Of a stretch of 35,400 nt of DNA, positions 15,605 to 22,782 are shown in pieces. Position 1 is the stretch's first letter, and every line of letters begins with the position of its first letter. A model generated the notes under the pieces. The model was given only the letters and a program-made list of their open reading frames with translations, did no database searches and was not told where the DNA came from. A program made the translations under genes and the position numbers. This DNA comes from a virus (lineage: Duplodnaviria > Caudoviricetes), in IMG/VR virus record IMGVR_UViG_3300038318_000223, positions 1 to 35,400 of that record, one strand, 5' to 3'.

Positions 15605-16021
15605 ATGACTAAGCAAGAATTTTTGTCAATGAGTTATACAAGTGATTTAATAATACATTGTACTCGGAGCATATACACATATAAAGGAGAGTTAAAAAAT
15701 ACTAATTTATGTTACAATTCAACAGCACCAGAATTTTATATAAGCAAAAATGGGACTACTTTCAGAATTGATAATATTAAGCCTATTTTACATCCACTTT
15801 CCGATTTAACAAAAGAAATTGAACACAAAGGAGAAAAATTCGTACCAAAACTTAAATTATTGTATCTTGGATATAGAGAATTAACATATAATTTTCAATT
15901 GTATGTTTTAGAGTTCGGACTTATTCAACACCTTGTAAAATGGCATTTTGATATTGCGGGTTTGATTGAAAAAGGAGAAGCAATCGACATAAATACATTA
16001 GAAATAAACCATTATAAATAA
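15605..16021 (+). CDS. Hypothetical phage protein
   Basis: IKPILHPLSDLTKEI and WHFDIAGLIE motifs, which I recognise from Bacteroidota phage proteins. Confidence 0.7.
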   Translation: MTKQEFLSMSYTSDLIIHCTRSIYTYKGELKNTNLCYNSTAPEFYISKNGTTFRIDNIKPILHPLSDLTKEIEHKGEKFVPKLKLLYLGYRELTYNFQLYVLEFGLIQHLVKWHFDIAGLIEKGEAIDINTLEINHYK

Positions 16022-16027
16022 TTTGTT

Positions 16028-16510
16028 ATGAAAGAATTAAAATTATTTTTACTTATAATATGGATAAGCATTATAATACTTTTATGCAGTATCCTTGTAG
16101 TGTCGGTTAAAATTATTCCCGAAAAACAATCCGTCAAAACCGAAAAACAATTTGTTCCATTGACCGACTTCGAACTTATTGAATTGGCTATTATATGGCA
16201 GGAATCGAAAGCAAATCCAAATCCGAAATACTCGGACGGGAAAAGTGAAGGTATATTACAACTAACCCCTATTTACGTAAAAGAAGCAAATCGAATCTTA
16301 GGGAGGAGCGAATATACCCTCCACGACCGCAGGAACCCGCTAAAATCGCACGAAATGTTCATTGTGGTACAAAATTATCATAATTCCAAAAAAGACGTAA
16401 AAAAAGCCGTTATTTTACATAATAAGGGCAAGCGGTATTTTGACGAAGTTATGGATAGATACAATTGTTTGAAATTATATCAAGAAATATTAACTTTTAA
16501 AAATAAATAA
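16028..16510 (+). CDS. Membrane-anchored lytic transglycosylase (lysozyme-like fold)
   Basis: N-terminal TM helix; AIIWQES (catalytic Glu), GILQL, HN.G motifs. Confidence 0.75.
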   Translation: MKELKLFLLIIWISIIILLCSILVVSVKIIPEKQSVKTEKQFVPLTDFELIELAIIWQESKANPNPKYSDGKSEGILQLTPIYVKEANRILGRSEYTLHDRRNPLKSHEMFIVVQNYHNSKKDVKKAVILHNKGKRYFDEVMDRYNCLKLYQEILTFKNK

Positions 16511-16512
16511 TC

Positions 16513-17343
16513 ATGGGAAAAATAATTTATGAATCAAAAGGGAAAGCACAAGAGTATGGTAAATACGGAGTAAGTGCATATATTGGATGTTCCAACAAAT
16601 GTGAATATTGTTATCTAAAAACAGGAAGGTTTAAATCTGTATTAGGTGGTAATATACCAAAATTAAAGAAATGTCTCAGAGATGAAGAACATGCTTACAC
16701 AATGTTTGCAAAAGAGTTAAGAAACAATTTAGGAGAGTATCAAAAGTATGGATTATTTATTGCATTTTCGTCCGATCCTATGTTACCTAAAACATTCAGA
16801 TTGACAAGAAATATTGCATGGGAATGTGTTACAAATAAAGTACCAATAAAAATACTATCAAAAGACGCAGATATAGGAAATATAAATTCTATTGTATTTA
16901 ACACATTTTATGATATGTTTGTATTAAATTTAAATGAATGTAGAAAATATGTAGCTTTTGGATTTACCTTGACAGGACACGACGAACTTGAACCAAAAGC
17001 AAGCCCGAACACTGAAAGAATAGAAGCAATGAAATTACTTCACAATGAAGGATTTCTAACATTTGCAAGTATTGAACCTATAATTGATTTTACGGCAAGC
17101 ATGGATATGATTGATAAATCGTTAGAATTTTGCGACCTATATTTAATCGGTTTAAAATCTGGTCAACAATTTGACAAATATTCAGAACTTAATTTAATTA
17201 AATTTTTTAATACAGTTTGGAAGCGAGTGCAAAAATACAATAAAAAAGTCTATTTTAAAGATTCGTTATTAAAAGCAGCAGGAATAGATCGTAAGAACTT
17301 ACCGGAATGTTGTGTTGATAGAGACTATAATTTATTTAAATAG
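16513..17343 (+). CDS. Radical SAM protein (spore-photoproduct-lyase-like clade)
   Basis: GCSNKCEYCY (CxxxCxxC), SSDP, ILSK, EP.AS...RI, SIEP. Confidence 0.85.
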   Translation: MGKIIYESKGKAQEYGKYGVSAYIGCSNKCEYCYLKTGRFKSVLGGNIPKLKKCLRDEEHAYTMFAKELRNNLGEYQKYGLFIAFSSDPMLPKTFRLTRNIAWECVTNKVPIKILSKDADIGNINSIVFNTFYDMFVLNLNECRKYVAFGFTLTGHDELEPKASPNTERIEAMKLLHNEGFLTFASIEPIIDFTASMDMIDKSLEFCDLYLIGLKSGQQFDKYSELNLIKFFNTVWKRVQKYNKKVYFKDSLLKAAGIDRKNLPECCVDRDYNLFK

Positions 17344-17350
17344 AAATATC

Positions 17351-18036
17351 TATGAAATATATCCTTGTAACAAAAAAACTACAATTCGAGATGATAAAAC
17401 TAACCGATGATACGAGTAATTAACTTTAATATTAATCACAATCCCTATACGGGGTTATAAAACGGCTTTTTTATGAAAACATATGTACTATTAGTCAGCA
17501 GAACGTTTCCGAAAGGGCATAAAATGGAAGGAGAACCCACATTCTTTGTAGAAAAGATATTAGCTGCATTAGGATTTCCCTATTTAAATGATGAGAATAT
17601 TAAAAAGTTTCACACATGCCGAAAAAATTATGAATTATGGGCAAAACGCATCAAGGAAGTACAAGAAGGTAAAGCTATATTAAGTTTACGCTATTGGAGT
17701 GATAAACCATATCGAAGCAAGCAAGTTGAATTTGCATGTTTAGATAAGGATTCGGGCGTGGGAGTGCAAAAACTTTTATTCGGAATTAATGATTTGCTTT
17801 ACCCAATTGCAGGGGAAGGAATTTGGCTTAGAGGATTAAATCTTGAAAATTTAGCCAAAAACGACGGTCTCTCAATTGACGATTTTAAAGACTGGTTTAA
17901 AAATTATGATTTGAGCAAACCTATGGCAATTATACAATTCACGGAGTTTCGCTATTAATAATTAAATATAAATATAATAAATAAAAATGGAAGAAAATAA
18001 TAAAATCATATGAAATATATCCTTGTAACAAAAAAA
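17351..18036 (+). repeat. 28-bp perfect direct repeat of a gene start, flanking an inserted gene
   Basis: TATGAAATATATCCTTGTAACAAAAAAA at 17351-17378 and 18009-18036. Confidence 0.9.
17473..17958 (+). CDS. ASCH/PUA-like domain protein
   Basis: KFHTCR, and LAKNDGLS..DF..WF near the C-terminus. Confidence 0.6.
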   Translation: MKTYVLLVSRTFPKGHKMEGEPTFFVEKILAALGFPYLNDENIKKFHTCRKNYELWAKRIKEVQEGKAILSLRYWSDKPYRSKQVEFACLDKDSGVGVQKLLFGINDLLYPIAGEGIWLRGLNLENLAKNDGLSIDDFKDWFKNYDLSKPMAIIQFTEFRY

Positions 18037-19098
18037 GCAACAAGCAAAGAAGGAAATTTAACTTACTATCCGAACGAAGTAATTATTGCAAGGAATAATA
18101 TAAGTCAAAATAAGTGGTATAAAATAATAACAGATAAAGAGTTATTGGCATTCTACTACGATAAAATTGATAAAAAATGCAATAACGTTTTGATAATTTG
18201 CGGAGGTGGAATCGGCGATATAATCGCTTATTCGGCACTGTGTAAATATTTACATGAAAAAGGCAAAAATGTACATTTTGCAACACAAAAAAAGTATTTT
18301 GACATATTGAAATGGTTCCAAACTCCGGTTGAAATTTTGGACGTAGAAAAGCCAATTTTTAGAGATTTTTCATTGAGTAATAGAATTTCAAAGTACAACA
18401 CATGGAGAAGAATATTTACGGAATTGATTATTCCGAATCATAACGAAAGCGATTGGTTTGAAGTGATATTTGCCTATGCAGGAATAGAAAAGATTGAAGA
18501 TAGTTATTTTAGGCCTCAGCTAAAAACAAACAGACTAACAAGAAAGAAATCAAATATTGATAAAAAACAAAAGTCGCTTCTTATCTGCAACCAATCGAGC
18601 TGCATGATGCGAAATATTGAGTTTGATGAAATCTACCGAGCAATCCCTGAAGATGTAAAAAAAGACTACAAAATATATGCTTATATGAATAATTTATCTG
18701 TTTCGGATAAAATTCATAGAGAGAATAAAAAATATAAGGATGTTGAGTTTATCAATTCCCCTACCCTTTCCGACTTTCTCAACGACCTCTATGATGTTAC
18801 GGATGTAATAACAGTTGATAGTGCAGCGGTACATTTCCGTGAAGGGATAAATAAACGCTGCCTTGCTTTGTATAATTCCTTTGATAAAGATTGTAGAACA
18901 AAGTATTACAAGTATATAACAGCCGTAAATATAAAATCTGAATGCGATAAACAGCCTTGCTTCAAACATGAACTTAATAAGGGTGATTTATGCGAAAAAG
19001 TCAAAGAATGGCAGTATTCTGCTCCTTGCTTCCGGAGTGAATCAAACAAATTCTTACAGCCGGAATTTAAAAGAATTTTTAATGAGTATTTTAAATAA
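18010..19098 (+). CDS. Glycosyltransferase family 9 (heptosyltransferase-like)
   Basis: GGGIGDII, VITVDSAAVH and Cys-rich C-terminus (C..QPC). Confidence 0.8.
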   Translation: MKYILVTKKATSKEGNLTYYPNEVIIARNNISQNKWYKIITDKELLAFYYDKIDKKCNNVLIICGGGIGDIIAYSALCKYLHEKGKNVHFATQKKYFDILKWFQTPVEILDVEKPIFRDFSLSNRISKYNTWRRIFTELIIPNHNESDWFEVIFAYAGIEKIEDSYFRPQLKTNRLTRKKSNIDKKQKSLLICNQSSCMMRNIEFDEIYRAIPEDVKKDYKIYAYMNNLSVSDKIHRENKKYKDVEFINSPTLSDFLNDLYDVTDVITVDSAAVHFREGINKRCLALYNSFDKDCRTKYYKYITAVNIKSECDKQPCFKHELNKGDLCEKVKEWQYSAPCFRSESNKFLQPEFKRIFNEYFK

Positions 19099-19115
19099 CA
19101 ATAAAAAATAACACT

Positions 19116-19799
19116 ATGTTTACAAGATGTCCAATTTGCGAAAGTAGAACAAATCATTTTTTCAATGTTCCTTTTATCAAAGAAATTAACGTACCTAAAA
19201 AATACGATATACTGATTCAATATAATCGCTGCCCTGAATGCGATTATATCTTTGCTCCTATGTTCAATGCTTGGACTGAAAAGGATTTCAAAGAGCATAT
19301 CTATAACGAAGATTATATAAAATATGACCCTGAATTCCTCAAAATACGCCCGCACACGAACGCAAAACAGTTTTATGATATATTGAAAGGGAAAAGGCAT
19401 TTAGACTACGGAGGAGGCTCCGGAAGGATGAGCAACACCTTAAAAGCTTCCGGAATTGATTCGCATTCGTATGATGTTTTTTATAGTAAAGCAAGACCAA
19501 CCGGACAATTTGATGTAGTTACCTGTATTGAAGTATTGGAGCATAGCATTGACCCTTTGAAAATATTTTCTGATATATTTTCCCTGTTAAAACAAAAAGG
19601 AACTTTAATTCTTAAAACTTCAATTGTTGATTTTTGGAATTGTAAAAACGATTATGAATTTTCACAGCATTGGTACGTGGCTCCTCGAAATGGACATATC
19701 GGTTTTTATTCCATAAAAACATTACAGCTTATTGCAGATAAAACCGGTTTCAATTATAGCCAAAACTCCCCTGCAGAAAATATCTTTATCAAATTATAG
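19116..19799 (+). CDS. Class I SAM-dependent methyltransferase with N-terminal Zn ribbon
   Basis: CPIC...CPEC, LDYGGGSG, FDVVTCIEVLEH, PRNGHI. Confidence 0.88.
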   Translation: MFTRCPICESRTNHFFNVPFIKEINVPKKYDILIQYNRCPECDYIFAPMFNAWTEKDFKEHIYNEDYIKYDPEFLKIRPHTNAKQFYDILKGKRHLDYGGGSGRMSNTLKASGIDSHSYDVFYSKARPTGQFDVVTCIEVLEHSIDPLKIFSDIFSLLKQKGTLILKTSIVDFWNCKNDYEFSQHWYVAPRNGHIGFYSIKTLQLIADKTGFNYSQNSPAENIFIKL

Positions 19800-19903
19800 T
19801 TAATTATATTATAATAGATGTTATAGTTTAATACTCTTTATTCGTTATTCTTTAGTTTTTTCTTAAATTTCAAAAATCCTTCCAAAAATCTACATGCTGA
19901 AAA

Positions 19904-19945
19904 CGTAACTGCTTGATAAATTAAAACCATTATCAATGAGTTACG
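19904..19945. repeat. Inverted repeat made of two IHF-consensus-like sites
   Basis: CGTAACTgcTTGATAA-N10-TTATCAAtgAGTTACG; each half matches WATCAAnnnnTTR. Confidence 0.7.
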
Positions 19946-20013
19946 AGAGTTGATGTAAATTAATTTAATTGTATTACAATAATTTTCTAATTCTATTTAA
20001 GTATTTACTAATG

Positions 20014-20047
20014 GAGGGCAGCTTTAAAAGTTGCTCTCTTTTTTTTT
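20014..20047 (+). terminator. Intrinsic terminator at the early/late boundary
   Basis: GAGGGCAGCTT...AAGTTGCTCTC followed by T9. Confidence 0.85.
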
Positions 20048-20109
20048 CTACAAAAACAACCTCTTTTCCGTATTATAGAAATATTTTTAAAAAAAAATCA
20101 AAAAAATAA

Positions 20110-20139
20110 CAAATTGTATTTAGATAATGCTTATATTTG
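20110..20139 (+). promoter_or_regulatory. Promoter of the modification/packaging operon
   Basis: TATATTTG at 20132-20139 (TAnnTTTG). Confidence 0.6.
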
Positions 20140-20156
20140 CGGAAAATTATGAAAAA

Positions 20157-20537
20157 ATGCATTACGTATCAAAGAAGTTGGAAATATCGGCATCTCATAA
20201 ACTGCATTTAGACTATGAAAGCAAATGCTCTAACTTACATGGACACAATTGGAAAGTAACTGTGCATTGTAAAGCAAAAGAACTTAATAATAACGGAATG
20301 GTAGTTTATTTTACCGAAATCAAGAAACTGATTCACGATAAACTTGACCATCAAAGTTTAAATTACATTCTTCCTTTCAATCCTACAGCGGAAAACATTG
20401 CAAAATGGATTTACGATAAGTGGAAATTGCAAAACGATGCGTGGAGCCAAGAAAAACGGCAAAATGACATCGAGTTATCTTACAGGAGTATTCAAAGAAG
20501 ATTCCCTTGCAAGAAGCGAATTTATGAACTTAATTAA
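20157..20537 (+). pseudogene. queD: 6-carboxytetrahydropterin synthase QueD, 3'-truncated and fused out of frame to folE sequence
   Basis: SASH...C.NLHGHNW...GMVV.F...LDH..LN...PTAENIA; similarity stops at AKWIYD and the last strands (V.E) are missing. Confidence 0.8.
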
Positions 20538-20544
20538 AAAATAA
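20428..20544 (+). pseudogene. folE: C-terminal remnant of GTP cyclohydrolase I (FolE)
   Basis: Alternative frame reads CKTMRGAKKNGKMTSSYLTGVFKEDSLARSEFMNLIKK*, matching the FolE C..MRG...TS...G.F.....R.EF signature. Confidence 0.8.
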
Positions 20545-20545
20545 A

Positions 20546-21229
20546 ATGGCAAAAGTTAAAAACGCAAAGATATCCGACTTGATTCCGGATGATAAAAATG
20601 CAAACAAAGGAACGGAATATGGTAAACATTTAATGGATAAATCATTCCGACAATTCGGGGCAGGACGTTCAATTTTGCTTGACAAAAATAATAAAATAAT
20701 TGCAGGAAATAAAAGTACAGAACAGTGTGCCGAAATAGGCATTGAAGATGTAATCATTGTTGAAAGCGATGGCACCAAGTTAATAGCAGTTAAACGAACT
20801 GATATTGATATTGACACAAAACAAGGAAGAGATTTATGTTTGGCTGACAACGCTACTCAAAAAGCTAATCTTGAATGGGATAAAGATATTGTGCAATCAT
20901 TAGCTTCTACTTTTGATATTGAAGTAAAAGAGTGGGGTATTGATATCCCGGAAACAATTGAAACATTAGAAAAAATAAATTTAAACGATGCTGAATTTGA
21001 AACAGGAATAAATAAATATAACGACAAAAATTGCCAACTACCAATTGTTAAAGAGTTTTTTGAAACACATGAATGTTTTATAATTCCAATACACAACGAA
21101 ATTGATGAAAAATTCATAAGAGAGATATTTTGTTTAAATGAAAATTATATTTCAGATTGTGGAGATGGAAAAATTAGAAAAACAAATGTTATAGATATTC
21201 AAAAGATAAAATCATGTCTGTTAAAATAA
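20546..21229 (+). CDS. ParB/Srx N-terminal domain protein
   Basis: KISDLIPD.KNAN...S..QFG.GRSILLD.NN.IIAGN...ADN; typical of terminase-proximal DNA-modification loci. Confidence 0.8.
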   Translation: MAKVKNAKISDLIPDDKNANKGTEYGKHLMDKSFRQFGAGRSILLDKNNKIIAGNKSTEQCAEIGIEDVIIVESDGTKLIAVKRTDIDIDTKQGRDLCLADNATQKANLEWDKDIVQSLASTFDIEVKEWGIDIPETIETLEKINLNDAEFETGINKYNDKNCQLPIVKEFFETHECFIIPIHNEIDEKFIREIFCLNENYISDCGDGKIRKTNVIDIQKIKSCLLK

Positions 21230-21942
21230 TAGTACCTTCAAAAGGCAGGGCTTCAAATGTTCTAACTAAAATCGATTCACAAATTTTGTGTGTTGATATA
21301 ACGGAATTAGATGAATATAAAAAATTTAACGATTGTGAAATTATAACACACAATTCATTAAAAAATCTATCATCAATAAGGCAATTTTTGTATGAAAATT
21401 ACAAAGATTTATTTATGGTTGATGATGATATTGTAAGTGTTGAAAGACTTTATAATGTAAATAATCAAAAATTAACAGAAATAGAAATAAAAAATATTAT
21501 TGACGATTGCTATTACAATACAAAAAATATCGGAGCTAAATTATTTGGATTCAATAATGATCCAAAACCAGTTCATTATAATCAACATAAACCTTTCATG
21601 TTAAACGGATATATAAATGGTTGTGCAATTGGCTTAATTCAAGATAAGCATTTATTCTTTAATGAAAATACAACAGCCTGTGAATCACATTGGATTAATT
21701 TATTAAATGCTTATTATAATAGATTTTGTTTTATTGATAAGAGATTTCATTTTAGACAAAAAGCAAATTCAACATTTCTACTCGAAGGAGGACAAGCCGG
21801 GAAACGCACTATGCAGACAGAAAAATACGATACTATTTTATTAAAAAAAATATTCGGCGATTCAGTTGTAGTTAAAAAAGAAAAAAATAAAATAAAACAA
21901 CTACATGAGTATCAAAGACAATTAAATATAAGATTATGGTAG
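21214..21942 (+). CDS. GT-A fold glycosyltransferase (GREB1/TET-associated-like)
   Basis: IIVPSKGR, R, FMVDDDI (DxD) and a late GG motif. Confidence 0.65.
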   Translation: MSVKIIVPSKGRASNVLTKIDSQILCVDITELDEYKKFNDCEIITHNSLKNLSSIRQFLYENYKDLFMVDDDIVSVERLYNVNNQKLTEIEIKNIIDDCYYNTKNIGAKLFGFNNDPKPVHYNQHKPFMLNGYINGCAIGLIQDKHLFFNENTTACESHWINLLNAYYNRFCFIDKRFHFRQKANSTFLLEGGQAGKRTMQTEKYDTILLKKIFGDSVVVKKEKNKIKQLHEYQRQLNIRLW

Positions 21943-22268
21943 AATATATATATTACTTGATTTGTCCAATCGAAAAAACAGTCAAATATGTTGGAAAGTC
22001 AAAAAATCCTAAAACAAGATATAAACAGCACATTTCTAAATTAGATAGATTGAACACAGAGAAAAAGCAATGGCTTTTAAATTTGTTTGCTAAAAATTTA
22101 TTGCCTGAAATAATCATTGTTGAAAAATGTGTAGAAAATGGAAGAGAAAGAGAACAATTTTATGTGGATAAGAATAAAAATACTATATTAAATATACATA
22201 ATCCAAAAAAAGGAGAGAAATCAATCCCGAATAGGTATCCAAAAAATGTAAGTTATGGCAAAGTATAA
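21936..22268 (+). CDS. GIY-YIG nuclease
   Basis: YIYYL...KYVGKS.NP..R..QH...E...LN. Confidence 0.85.
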   Translation: MVEYIYYLICPIEKTVKYVGKSKNPKTRYKQHISKLDRLNTEKKQWLLNLFAKNLLPEIIIVEKCVENGREREQFYVDKNKNTILNIHNPKKGEKSIPNRYPKNVSYGKV

Positions 22269-22782
22269 TAAAAGGATAGTTAAAAATATTTGTTCCTTAA
22301 TAAAGAAGGATAGTTATACTATTGCTGAAATATGCTCACAGATAGGCATTAACATAGATACTTATTACGATTGGCTAAAAAACAAACCCGAATTTTCCGA
22401 AGCAATTAAAAATGCTAAAGGTGAATACGATGAATTTATTGCAGCGGAAGCGAAAAAATCTTTACTTAAAAAAATACAAGGCTATACGGTTCAAGAAAAG
22501 AAAGTTGTAATGGTTGAAAGTAAAGACAAAGATGAAAGCGGAAAGTTTAAACCTAAAATCAAGGAGCAAACAATTATAGATAAGCACTATCAACCGGACA
22601 CAGCAGCAATAATATTTACATTAACAAACAAAGTTCCGGAAGAATATCAAAATAAATACAATACTGAACTAACCGGAAAAGATGGCAAGGACTTAGTTCC
22701 TGAACCTATTACGGTAAGAATAATTGACGATAAAGAACAGCTAAATGGAAATACTGACAACAAAGATATATCGGGAGGTTGA
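22255..22782 (+). CDS. terS: Terminase small subunit
   Basis: N-terminal HTH (IAEIC..IGI..DTYYDW), PDTAAIIF.L.N, ELTGKDG; directly before terL. Confidence 0.85.
   Translation: MAKYNKRIVKNICSLIKKDSYTIAEICSQIGINIDTYYDWLKNKPEFSEAIKNAKGEYDEFIAAEAKKSLLKKIQGYTVQEKKVVMVESKDKDESGKFKPKIKEQTIIDKHYQPDTAAIIFTLTNKVPEEYQNKYNTELTGKDGKDLVPEPITVRIIDDKEQLNGNTDNKDISGG

Noticed and set aside
20127-20156. ORF-track start of queD at 20127
   Set aside because: Overlaps the TAnnTTTG promoter box; ATG 20157 fits the QueD N-terminus better.
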